IMG/VR virus record: IMGVR_UViG_3300025896_000027
Direction: 5' to 3' (one strand)
DNA: 64,000 bases
DNA from: an uncultured virus (IMG/VR IMGVR_UViG_3300025896_000027)
Lineage: Duplodnaviria; Heunggongvirae; Uroviricota; Caudoviricetes; Schitoviridae
How positions within the stretch are numbered: the first letter of the stretch is position 1; each line of letters begins with the position of its first letter. The notes beneath the pieces were generated by a model. It was not told the origin of the DNA. It made no database searches and saw only the letters and a list, made by a program, of their open reading frames with translations. Made by a program: the position numbers and the translations under genes. This document shows positions 17,103 through 25,023 of the stretch, in pieces.

Positions 17103-18017
17103 CTAAGGAGTAGGAACTCCTTCAATGAGTTCTTCGTCAGCCAGCTCAAGCATGGCTTTCTTGAATGAGGAACCTTGGGGATTGAGGTGATAGCCTTGAG
17201 AGTAGGCACGGCCTCGCTTATCCACCTTATGAGTGAAATAGAAGCGATTGTCTTGCTGCTCCATGAGGGAATAGAACATATAGCTCTGGGTCTTGAAACG
17301 CCTCCAAGCATCTTCCTTGTCCTGGGTATCCAGGTCAAAGGTAGGATCTTCTTCTGCTTTACAGAGGAACTGGGTATCCAGTTTGAGGGCTACCTTGTTC
17401 ATGAGATTCAAGGTATCCAGGCAGATATCACCGTCATGGTGATTCCCCGATCCAAGGATCAAAGAATCGTTATGCGTGAGGTATCCACTGGAATAGTTGT
17501 GAGTCAATTCCAAGGGTTCACACACCATGGGCGGTAGATACTGACTGTTTTCAATGAAGCTCTTCAGGTTGTCCGAGAGAGGGATTCTCGATACCACCAT
17601 CAGGCTTGCTTGTTTGTTTGGCTTGAGGATGTCAAAGGCATCCGTCAAGCACAGCACAGCCATTAGCTCGGCCACAGTAGTAATGGCATCTGTCCGGTCA
17701 GAGAACTTCAACCGTGCAGCCATTTGAGCTGATACCGAGGTGAATAACTCTGGCCTCTGTGAGTAGGCAATGCCCACGAAGATATCCATCACCATGGCTG
17801 AGACATCCATATTCGCAAGTTGGGCGATACGCCTGTTCTTGCTGGCATAGCTGTAGGTTGTGGCCATGTACTCTTGCACGAGTGCAATACCATGTTCGAT
17901 CTTCGCCACCATCTCAGGGTTACCTTCGATGGCAGTGCGGATCTTCACATCAATATGCTTGCGATTGAATCGCTCTTCGTTCATCTCTTGGAGAATGATA
18001 TTACGCATGGTTTCCAT
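17103..18017 (-). CDS. N4-like RNA polymerase II, N-terminal subunit (gp15-like)
   Basis: YLPPMVCEP, FYFTHKVDKRGRAYSQGYHLNPQG (DxRGR motif); GGAGAG RBS. Confidence 0.95.
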   Translation of the reverse strand: METMRNIILQEMNEERFNRKHIDVKIRTAIEGNPEMVAKIEHGIALVQEYMATTYSYASKNRRIAQLANMDVSAMVMDIFVGIAYSQRPELFTSVSAQMAARLKFSDRTDAITTVAELMAVLCLTDAFDILKPNKQASLMVVSRIPLSDNLKSFIENSQYLPPMVCEPLELTHNYSSGYLTHNDSLILGSGNHHDGDICLDTLNLMNKVALKLDTQFLCKAEEDPTFDLDTQDKEDAWRRFKTQSYMFYSLMEQQDNRFYFTHKVDKRGRAYSQGYHLNPQGSSFKKAMLELADEELIEGVPTP

Positions 18018-18038
18018 GAAGCTCTCCAATTAGATGGC

Positions 18039-18158
18039 TTAGACGCTGGTACGAATACCAGCAGCGATTTCCAAGAGCAGTGTCTTGATCTCGTTCTTGC
18101 CCCAAGAGTTCTTGGTCTCAAGGATTTGATAGAACAGTTTGAGTTGGTCAGTTGTCAT
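18039..18158 (-). CDS. 39-aa small protein
   Basis: Not in the ORF track: MTTDQLKLFYQILETKNSWGKNEIKTLLLEIAAGIRTSV; GGA upstream; fills the intergenic gap. Confidence 0.65.
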   Translation of the reverse strand: MTTDQLKLFYQILETKNSWGKNEIKTLLLEIAAGIRTSV

Positions 18159-18184
18159 GATTTTTCCAATGGATTGAGGATGGT

Positions 18185-18574
18185 TTAGAACGTGCCCCAG
18201 TAGATGTACTTAGCACCCAGGTAGGGATACCAAGCAGCATCGAACTGACAGTTCTTAGGGGCATCTTTGAACAGTGGTGCGATGTCCTCGTCTTTGAATC
18301 CAGCCAAGCCACAGCCAATGCGTGTGACTTGAAAGGTCATTTCAGGGTAATCACGAGCAAACTCGATGAACTGGGCAATATAAGGTTTGACATCATCCAA
18401 TGGGATGTACTCGATTTTGTGGCCTTTGGTTGGAATAGCATAGCTATTACCCTGCATACCAATACCACGGCCCATCTTGGCACCATGTTCCATGCGTGCA
18501 AAGCGAGCTGCACCAGCACCATGAATACCAGCGAGATTGGATCCGAAGCAAAACACCATATTGTTAGTAGCCAT
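18185..18574 (-). CDS. N4 gp14-like / A1S_2505-family protein (macro-like fold)
   Basis: VFCFGSNLAGIHGAGAA, SYAIPT, FQVTRIGCGLAG. Confidence 0.85.
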   Translation of the reverse strand: MATNNMVFCFGSNLAGIHGAGAARFARMEHGAKMGRGIGMQGNSYAIPTKGHKIEYIPLDDVKPYIAQFIEFARDYPEMTFQVTRIGCGLAGFKDEDIAPLFKDAPKNCQFDAAWYPYLGAKYIYWGTF

Positions 18575-18599
18575 TTGGTTTCTCCTGTAAGTACAAACA

Positions 18600-18620
18600 C
18601 CGCAGCATGGGCGGAGCCCA
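18600..18620 (-). promoter_or_regulatory. vRNAP hairpin promoter P5
   Basis: Plus (template) strand CCGCAGCATGGGC-GGA-GCCCA. Confidence 0.75.
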
Positions 18621-18652
18621 GGAATGCATGACTGTCTTAGCTGTATTTCAAT

Positions 18653-18690
18653 AAAAAAAGGGAGCCACCACCTTCACAGGTGATGACTCC
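18653..18690 (-). terminator. intrinsic terminator after the gp2-like gene
   Basis: Minus strand GGAGTCATCACCTG...GGTGGTGGCTCC-CTTTTTTT. Confidence 0.8.
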
Positions 18691-18764
18691 AAAGTAGGCC
18701 AGCCGCGCCCTCAGGGAGGGAAAGGGAGCGACCTTAACGGCCTACACAGTAACAGGAACAGGGA

Positions 18765-19046
18765 TTAGACCTTGAACAGCGGACCGCCATCAGCAGGTGC
18801 TGCCGAGACTTCGACATATTCGAAGTCCATGGCATTCAGAACACGCTTCAGACCATTTTCAGGGTCTTCCTTAATCAGGTCAGCGATGAACTTTTGTGCA
18901 GGCACACTGCCCTTCAAGGGAATGGCACCGACCTTCTTCCGCGATTGACCATCAGCGGTAGGCAGGTAGATGTTGAGAAAGCCGACAGCCTTTTCACCAC
19001 GGTAGGCAGTGTCTTGGGAAGTAGAGTTGGATTGAGCGAAAGCCAT
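18765..19046 (-). CDS. N4 gp2/Drc-like ssDNA-binding co-activator of RNAP II
   Basis: KAVGFLNIYLPTADGQSRKKVGAIPL motif; GGAG RBS; directly downstream of promoter P4. Confidence 0.82.
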   Translation of the reverse strand: MAFAQSNSTSQDTAYRGEKAVGFLNIYLPTADGQSRKKVGAIPLKGSVPAQKFIADLIKEDPENGLKRVLNAMDFEYVEVSAAPADGGPLFKV

Positions 19047-19092
19047 GAGAATCTCCAATAGATGAGAGTTGATTAACGAAAGGCAGGATTTG

Positions 19093-19113
19093 CCATTACA
19101 TGGGCGAAGCCTA
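19093..19113 (-). promoter_or_regulatory. vRNAP hairpin promoter P4
   Basis: Plus strand CCATTACATGGGC-GAA-GCCTA. Confidence 0.8.
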
Positions 19114-19344
19114 GGCAACATTGAGCGAAGAGGTAATCGATGCATCGCACCAAAGCGATGCGAGGTACTAACCAGACGGTCACTAGGACAGTGCCTTGGC
19201 CTCATGAGCGGGCTCAGGAGAGGCGATTGGAGCCTTGGGAATACCAGAGGTAGGGTGATTCATTTCTTTCTCTTAGAGAAGGTTTTGGAGGTTCTTGCTT
19301 TGGCAGTAAACCAAAGCAAGAAATAGGGAAGGATTGGGAATGGG

Positions 19345-19587
19345 TTAGGCATTGAGAGCAACGATCACATAACAGATTGGTTTCTCTTTGCTCAGTTTCC
19401 GATGACAGGTAATGCCGTATTGATCCAGTGCCATGCACAGGAGAACGGCCAAGCCCTCGGAGTTACAACGAACGATCATTCGTTCATCGTGGTGAGCAGT
19501 GATTTCAGTACCTGAAATGAGGATGGTTTGATCATGGACATGTTTAGGAATGTCCAGATCTGGGAGAGGTATGGAAGTTATGGGCAT
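19345..19587 (-). CDS. early hypothetical protein
   Basis: 80-aa ORF with TGAAAG RBS. Confidence 0.6.
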   Translation of the reverse strand: MPITSIPLPDLDIPKHVHDQTILISGTEITAHHDERMIVRCNSEGLAVLLCMALDQYGITCHRKLSKEKPICYVIVALNA

Positions 19588-19610
19588 AGAAGACTTTCAG
19601 AGGGTCTGAG

Positions 19611-19805
19611 TTATAGATCGTAGGCTTGTGCAGTGCGATTGCTTGCCATGATGGCAATGACACACAGAAAAGCAGTGAGGGAGAAGGCAGGCACTGGGTG
19701 CATACCTTCTGAAGGACTGAAGGTGAGATAGATCATGCCAAGCACGCCGAAGTAAGAGGCTGCAAAGATGGAGATGATCATGATGACGGGATAGAAGGGA
19801 CGCAT
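19611..19805 (-). CDS. early small membrane protein (two hydrophobic segments)
   Basis: 64 aa; AAGGA RBS. Confidence 0.65.
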   Translation of the reverse strand: MRPFYPVIMIISIFAASYFGVLGMIYLTFSPSEGMHPVPAFSLTAFLCVIAIMASNRTAQAYDL

Positions 19806-19960
19806 GGTGGATCCTTAGGTATCGGTTGAGTATCGGAATGAAAGGAGTGAGGGATCAGTTGGGGATTTGGAGGAGATAGGAGTAATAACAGTGAACTAGC
19901 GTTCACTCATCCCTCTCTCACTAAACCTGCGACTGATGTCTGGGTTTATATTTATATTGA

Positions 19961-19981
19961 CCATCGCATAGCCGAAGGCTA
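19961..19981 (-). promoter_or_regulatory. vRNAP hairpin promoter P3
   Basis: Plus strand CCATCGCATAGCC-GAA-GGCTA. Confidence 0.8.
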
Positions 19982-20091
19982 GATAGAGATGGACTACAGA
20001 CTGAGTAGATAGGTAGGTAGTAAGACTGTGTTCTTTCTATTGCCTGTCTATCTCCTGTGTGTGTAGTTGTGTAGGTAATGTGTAGAAGGAA

Positions 20092-20115
20092 CTACCTACC
20101 CCGTAGGGTAGGTAG
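20092..20115 (-). terminator. 10-bp stem-loop with C(UACG)G loop ending the second early unit
   Basis: CTACCTACCC-CGTA-GGGTAGGTAG. Confidence 0.65.
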
Positions 20116-20126
20116 GTGAGTAGTGA

Positions 20127-20351
20127 TTACTCGGTGATGGTTGGGAAGTTGGTTGATTGGGTGATTTGGGTACCGTTAGCTTGGTTGAGGGCTGCGAGCT
20201 TGGCTGTGCGTTGGACGCGTGCTTCGTCTGCGAATGAGCCTGCTGCTTCGTCTGCCCAGGTGGCCAGGTGATTGGTTGAGGATGCGAGCTTCTCGAATGC
20301 ACTGAAGAGTACGGTGAGAGCGGTGAACAGTTGTTGGAACATGTTGAACAT
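20127..20351 (-). CDS. early hypothetical protein (amphipathic helix)
   Basis: 74 aa; AGGAG RBS; directly downstream of promoter P2. Confidence 0.8.
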   Translation of the reverse strand: MFNMFQQLFTALTVLFSAFEKLASSTNHLATWADEAAGSFADEARVQRTAKLAALNQANGTQITQSTNFPTITE

Positions 20352-20380
20352 AAGAACTCCTATAGGTTATGGACGGATAT

Positions 20381-20400
20381 CCAGGACATAGGCGAAGCCT
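20381..20400 (-). promoter_or_regulatory. vRNAP hairpin promoter P2
   Basis: Plus strand CCAGGACATAGGC-GAA-GCCT. Confidence 0.8.
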
Positions 20401-20418
20401 TGAGGTGGGGTAGGAAGT

Positions 20419-20445
20419 AAAAGAACTAACCTACCCGAAGGTAGG
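20419..20445 (-). terminator. terminator with C(UUCG)G loop after the first early gene
   Basis: CCTACC-CGAA-GGTAGG, followed on the minus strand by TTAGTTCTTTT. Confidence 0.7.
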
Positions 20446-20452
20446 AAATAGT

Positions 20453-20638
20453 TCAGAGCATCATGTACTCAGGTAACAACTCATAGTCATCGGACATGAA
20501 CGACAGGTAATCAGCCAAGTCATCACGAGCACAATGAGTACCATCAGCCCAAACACACACAGCATTCATAGCATCTGGATGGGGTGGATGATTAGCAGCA
20601 TCACGATCCACAGCAGCATCAAACTCAGCATCAGTCAT
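20453..20638 (-). CDS. first early protein (61 aa, acidic)
   Basis: MTDAEFDAAVDRD...VWADGTHC...YLSFMSDDYE; GGAG RBS; downstream of P1. Confidence 0.7.
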   Translation of the reverse strand: MTDAEFDAAVDRDAANHPPHPDAMNAVCVWADGTHCARDDLADYLSFMSDDYELLPEYMML

Positions 20639-20667
20639 AACCAACTCCGTAATACCAGGCAACATTG

Positions 20668-20690
20668 CCATGACATGGCCGAAGGCTATG
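20668..20690 (-). promoter_or_regulatory. vRNAP hairpin promoter P1
   Basis: Plus strand CCATGACATGGCC-GAA-GGCTATG. Confidence 0.8.
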
Positions 20691-20824
20691 GTTGTTGTAG
20701 TGAAGATGGGGGGGGGTACTTTGGTTTGTTGGGCTCGAAGTGACAGTCCTGCCTCCATACCTAGATGATGAAAATTCCACAAACCTGCGGATTCTTTTCT
20801 AATCTATGGCACACTACTCTCCAT

Positions 20825-20900
20825 TGGCATGTAGCTCAGTTGGTAGAGCACCCGGCTGTTAACCGGAAGCGCACTGGTTCGAAGCCAGTCTTGCCAGCCA
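20825..20900 (+). tRNA. tRNA-Asn (GTT)
   Basis: Cloverleaf: D arm AGCTCAGTTGGTAGAGC, anticodon arm CCCGG-CTGTTAA-CCGGA, T loop GGTTCGAAGCC, encoded CCA. Confidence 0.93.
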
Positions 20901-20905
20901 TATTC

Positions 20906-20991
20906 GGATGCGTAGACCTGTAAGGAGCAGGAGCAGCCTGTAAAGTTGCTGTCCTCGGACCCACTTGGCTCGATACCAAGAGCATCCACCA
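20906..20991 (+). tRNA. tRNA-Tyr (GTA)
   Basis: Acceptor GGATGC/GCATCC-A-CCA, anticodon arm GCAGC-CTGTAAA-GTTGC, long variable arm, T arm CTTGG-CTCGATA-CCAAG. Confidence 0.85.
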
Positions 20992-20996
20992 CTTCA

Positions 20997-21032
20997 AGAA
21001 AAAGACTCACTCCGGTGGGTCTTTTTTCTTTT
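20997..21032 (+). terminator. intrinsic (possibly bidirectional) terminator after the tRNAs
   Basis: AAAAAGACTCAC-TCCG-GTGGGTCTTTTTTCTTTT. Confidence 0.85.
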
Positions 21033-21103
21033 GGCTTCGTGTTACGGCAATTGGCTTATCGTTTACTATACCTAACCGATACGTTAACTGAACTGTTTCT
21101 CCT

Positions 21104-21811
21104 ATGACAATCGAAGCACTCACTGTTGATCAATTGAAGATGGCTTTGCCTGACAAGGTGAAGAAGTCGATCAACCAGGAACTGATTGATCAGATCAACA
21201 CCACTCTCTCTGATCCGGATATGTATGAGGCATACCGGGACAACCTACTCAGCTACACCAAGGTGATGGCTGATGGAAGGTTCAAGGTTCAGGAGTACGT
21301 CAATGCTGTGAAGTACGTGAGTCATAAGCTCATGGGCTGTACCAACATTGATGCCTATACCAAGACCTTCCCTGATAAGTACCAGAGGTTCTTAGCGACA
21401 GGTGTGGCGGCGAAGGACATTGCCAGCTATGTGACTGCCTATAACAAAAGTAAGCTGGTCAACCTGATCTTTGAGCAGACACTTATTCCTCACTATGTTC
21501 TGAACCAGGATCTGTATCAGAAGGCTTTGAATGTTCAGGCTGAGCTGATGATCACGGCCAAGAGTGAGAAGGTAAGGTCCGATGCAGCGGCTCATCTGTT
21601 GCAGGCTTTGAAGATGCCTGAGGTGACGAAGGTGGAGCTGGATATCGGGGTGAAGGAAGATGGTTCGATTGGTGCCCTGCGTAGAGCCACCCAGGAGCTT
21701 GCTGCTGCACAGCGGTTGGCTATTGAGGCCGGTGCCTCGACAGCTCAGGATATTGCTCACAGTCGCGTTGTGCAGGCTGATGTGGTGGATGTTGAAGCCA
21801 AGGAGATCTGA
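21104..21811 (+). CDS. N4 gp69-like protein (probable terminase small subunit)
   Basis: YRDNLLSY..V...G.FK...YVNAVKYVSHKLMG...AY..TFP; immediately upstream of the large terminase. Confidence 0.8.
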   Translation: MTIEALTVDQLKMALPDKVKKSINQELIDQINTTLSDPDMYEAYRDNLLSYTKVMADGRFKVQEYVNAVKYVSHKLMGCTNIDAYTKTFPDKYQRFLATGVAAKDIASYVTAYNKSKLVNLIFEQTLIPHYVLNQDLYQKALNVQAELMITAKSEKVRSDAAAHLLQALKMPEVTKVELDIGVKEDGSIGALRRATQELAAAQRLAIEAGASTAQDIAHSRVVQADVVDVEAKEI

Positions 21812-21812
21812 A

Positions 21813-22052
21813 ATGAACAAGTTTTATACATACCTATTGCAAGTTGAAACAAACACACGATTCTTTCCTATGGACCGTACTCTATGGGAACGATTTTGCT
21901 TTTGGTTTCTTAGAAACGTATTTGGAGCCCGTTACTGGCATGATGTAGTCTTAATCCAAGCTCATTTTATTAAAGCTGAACGAATCAAATACAAAGCAGA
22001 ACTTAAAAAACTGCAAGATGAGTTGAGCAGGAAAGTGAAGACACCCCTATGA
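21813..22052 (+). CDS. AT-rich 79-aa hypothetical protein
   Basis: MNKFYTYLLQ...; AGGAG RBS; ATGA overlap with the terminase. Confidence 0.6.
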   Translation: MNKFYTYLLQVETNTRFFPMDRTLWERFCFWFLRNVFGARYWHDVVLIQAHFIKAERIKYKAELKKLQDELSRKVKTPL

Positions 22053-23662
22053 TCGATCCGGTAGCAGAAGCCTTGGCACCGTGGAAGGTTGAGGAGTACC
22101 TCAACACCACGGACTACAAGCATGACCTGAACTATGTGCCAAGTGCCTTTGCCCTGGAGTTCATCAACTTCATTAAGCTGGTGAACGGTGCCCAAGGTGA
22201 AGAGAACAAGACGCCTCTGGTTCACTACAAGATGTTGGATACAATTACCCATGGGGGTACTCGGATCATTAACCTGTGTCACCGAGGGATTGCTAAGACC
22301 ACCCTGATGGGTGAGTACTTGTTTCTGTATATCGCTACCTATGGTGATCTTCCTGGCTTCGGGAAAATCAATCTGGCTTTGTATGTGTCCGACTCCATTG
22401 AGAACGGCGTCAAGAACATGCGGAAGAACTTGGAGTTCCGTTGGGATAACTCGGACTTCCTGAAGCAGTACGTGCCTGAAGTGAGGTTCACGGATATCCG
22501 GTGGGAGTTCAAGAATGCCGATGGCAAGGTGTTCATCGTCAAGGGTTATGGTGCGAAGACGGGTGTTCGTGGTGCCAAGGAAATGGGTATCCGTCCTCAG
22601 TTGGCGGTGCTCGATGACTTGATCAGCGATGAGGATGCACGCTCGGCTACTGTTATTGCTGCCGTAGAGGATACGGTTTACAAGGCTGTGACCTACGCCT
22701 TGCACCCAACCAAGAACATGATCGTTTGGTCAGGTACGCCGTTCAATGCCAAGGATCCTTTGTATAAGGCTGTGGAGTCTGGTGCTTGGGCAGTGAACGT
22801 GTTCCCTGTGTGTGAGGTATTCCCCTGTGCTAAAGAGGAGTTCCGAGGTAGCTGGCCTGATCGTTTCACTTATGAGTACGTGAAGACTCAATACGACAGT
22901 GCAGTGAAGCTGGGTAAGGTGGATACCTTCAACCAGGAGCTGATGCTTCGAATCATGTCTGATGAAGACCGTGTTATTCAGGATGGTGACATTGGCTGGT
23001 ACCGGCTGGATGCTGTCCTGCGTAACAAGAACAAGTTCAACTTCTACATCACCACTGACTTTGCCACCAGTGAGAAGCAGAAGTCCGACTATTCAGTGAT
23101 CAGTGTCTGGGCCTACAACAATGTTGGTGACTGGTTGTGGGTGGATGGTGTGTGCAAGCGTCAGCTCATGGACAAGAACATTGATGACCTGTTCCGGCTA
23201 AGCCAGATGTACAAGCCTCAGTCGGTGGGTGTGGAGGTCACGGGGCAGCAAGGCGGATTCATTCCCTGGATCCAAGGTCAGATGATGGAACGGAACATTT
23301 ATTTCTCATTGGCTTCCGATGGGAACGAGAATGCTCCCGGAATCAGGCCGAATACCAATAAAATGGTGCGGTTCAATACGGTGGTCCCATTGTTCAAGGC
23401 CCGAAAGGTTTTCTTCCCGGTAGAGCGTAAGACCGAAGCTACTATGGTCGAGTGCATGGATGAGCTGAGTCTGGTTGCTGTTTCTGGTTTCAAGAGCAAG
23501 CATAATGACTTCATCGATACGATCTCGATGCTATCAGTGTTGAAGCCCTGGAAGCCATCAGAAGAAGCTGAGCTGCATAAGGCTAACACTGGAGAGACTT
23601 CTCTTTGGGAATTAGATGATGAAGCTGGACCTTCTAGCCGTATGTCTTCGTATATCGTTTAA
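22049..23662 (+). CDS. terL: terminase large subunit (N4 gp68-like)
   Basis: Walker A HRGIAKTT, Walker B LAVLDD, GTP coupling motif, nuclease TTDFA...D...HNDFIDT. Confidence 0.95.
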   Translation: MIDPVAEALAPWKVEEYLNTTDYKHDLNYVPSAFALEFINFIKLVNGAQGEENKTPLVHYKMLDTITHGGTRIINLCHRGIAKTTLMGEYLFLYIATYGDLPGFGKINLALYVSDSIENGVKNMRKNLEFRWDNSDFLKQYVPEVRFTDIRWEFKNADGKVFIVKGYGAKTGVRGAKEMGIRPQLAVLDDLISDEDARSATVIAAVEDTVYKAVTYALHPTKNMIVWSGTPFNAKDPLYKAVESGAWAVNVFPVCEVFPCAKEEFRGSWPDRFTYEYVKTQYDSAVKLGKVDTFNQELMLRIMSDEDRVIQDGDIGWYRLDAVLRNKNKFNFYITTDFATSEKQKSDYSVISVWAYNNVGDWLWVDGVCKRQLMDKNIDDLFRLSQMYKPQSVGVEVTGQQGGFIPWIQGQMMERNIYFSLASDGNENAPGIRPNTNKMVRFNTVVPLFKARKVFFPVERKTEATMVECMDELSLVAVSGFKSKHNDFIDTISMLSVLKPWKPSEEAELHKANTGETSLWELDDEAGPSSRMSSYIV

Positions 23663-23671
23663 GGAATCACC

Positions 23672-24352
23672 ATGAATCTCGTAGAAATCTTTGACCAGTT
23701 GGCTTTTGGTGAGCTATCTAATGTCTATCTTGGTGGAGGTGATCCAGGGGAAAGCGGCGTCGTTGGGGAGTCCCACTTCAATCGTCTAACGTTTCATGTG
23801 AATCTGGGATTGACGGCACTTCATTCCCGGTTCCTCTTGAAGGAAGGGCGTCTGACCCTTGATCTGATCCCTGACCAATACGAGTATCAACTGGCAAGTA
23901 ATGATGACGTGATCAAGGTAGAGAAGGTACTCACCCCAGATGGCTTAGAGCTTCCTCTGAATGACGCCACTAGCGAGTACAGTGTCAGCACCCCGACGCT
24001 AACGAAGCTACGAATCCCAGAAGACATCGTGGACCAAAGCCAATACCTCCCTGACTGGTTGAGCTTGACTCAACTGGAAGTGGTGTATCGAGCAAACCAT
24101 CCGAAGATCATCGTTGGGGTGGATTTCGATCCCAGCATGGTGGAAGTGGATCTGCCAGAGACGCACCTCATGGCACTGCTGTATTTCATCGCAAGCCGGG
24201 TAAACAATCCCATTGGGATGACCAATGAGTTTCATGCAGGCAACAGCTATGCAGCCAAGTACGAGATGGCGTGTAAAGAGCTTGAGTTTGCTGGTCTACA
24301 GGTTGACATGGGTACGGGCAATACCAAGCTGAGAGATCGAGGGTTTGCCTGA
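23672..24352 (+). CDS. head-tail adaptor (N4 gp67-like)
   Basis: LAFGELSN...VNLGLTALHSRF...VVYRANHP...ALLYFIASRV; synteny. Confidence 0.8.
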   Translation: MNLVEIFDQLAFGELSNVYLGGGDPGESGVVGESHFNRLTFHVNLGLTALHSRFLLKEGRLTLDLIPDQYEYQLASNDDVIKVEKVLTPDGLELPLNDATSEYSVSTPTLTKLRIPEDIVDQSQYLPDWLSLTQLEVVYRANHPKIIVGVDFDPSMVEVDLPETHLMALLYFIASRVNNPIGMTNEFHAGNSYAAKYEMACKELEFAGLQVDMGTGNTKLRDRGFA

Positions 24353-24510
24353 TGCCAGCAGAAGTCGCAGAGGACACAACGATCTACTACTGCCTGACTT
24401 GTGGGCCTTGCCTTCGATGGTCTGATGATGAATTTCACTATACCGAGCACAAAGATGTCTGGCATCCAGAACATTACGTGAATGTGGACTACGAAAGAAC
24501 CCTTCAGTAG
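24352..24510 (+). CDS. 52-aa Cys/His-rich protein
   Basis: Not in the ORF track; TGATG coupling to the adaptor gene; YYCLTCGPC...H..H...H..H; ends just before a terminator. Confidence 0.6.
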   Translation: MPAEVAEDTTIYYCLTCGPCLRWSDDEFHYTEHKDVWHPEHYVNVDYERTLQ

Positions 24511-24520
24511 AAACCCCATG

Positions 24521-24550
24521 AAAAAAGCCCCTTGATTGGGGCTTTTCTTT
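24521..24550. terminator. bidirectional terminator between convergent genes
   Basis: AAAAAAGCCCC-TTGATT-GGGGCTTTTCTTT. Confidence 0.85.
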
Positions 24551-24562
24551 GGCTGGTTTGGC

Positions 24563-24982
24563 TTATCTGCCGGTGGATCCGAAGCCTCCTTCACCACGAC
24601 TGGTTTCATCAAGCGAATCTACCAATTCCAGGGCCACATTGGCGATGGGGACGATGAGGAATTGAAGGACACGCTCTCCCTTTTTCCATGAGTACGAAAG
24701 ACCGCTCTTGGTACGGAGTGCTGCCTTCCATTCACCTCTGTAATCTGAATCGATGACCCCACAGGTGTTGTTCAGTTCCAGTCCAAACTCGGCACCTGTG
24801 CTGGATCTGGGAAGCAAAAGCCCCACATGGCCTGCTGGGACAGCAGCCTTGAATCCAAGCCCTGTCTTTCTGGAAATCCCGTCTACAGTCCCTGCTTCTG
24901 GCATATAAATGTCGAAGGCTCCGGCTTTGTCGGTAGCCTTTGTAGGCATAATGAAGCCCAAATGAATTGATTCAATACGCAT
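24563..24982 (-). CDS. dut: trimeric dUTPase
   Basis: AGAFDI, PRSSTG, GVIDSDYRGE, RVLQF, RGEGGFGSTG. Confidence 0.95.
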   Translation of the reverse strand: MRIESIHLGFIMPTKATDKAGAFDIYMPEAGTVDGISRKTGLGFKAAVPAGHVGLLLPRSSTGAEFGLELNNTCGVIDSDYRGEWKAALRTKSGLSYSWKKGERVLQFLIVPIANVALELVDSLDETSRGEGGFGSTGR

Positions 24983-25023
24983 TCTGTAATCCTATGGGTT
25001 AATGGAATGAATGTAGCTACCTG

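Noticed and set aside
8750..18660. AT-rich TTTTTA-type words in middle-region gaps as RNAP II promoters
   Set aside because: Too degenerate and often part of terminator T-tracts; cannot be supported without TSS data
18600..20690. Repeated hairpins as a CRISPR or mini-array
   Set aside because: Spacing is irregular (hundreds of nt) with genes in between; the pattern fits vRNAP promoters
20825..20991. tRNAs as a prophage attachment site
   Set aside because: No integrase, no duplicated tRNA 3' end and no host genes; both flanks are core phage genes
20804..21010. 68-aa minus-strand ORF
   Set aside because: Antisense to the two tRNA genes
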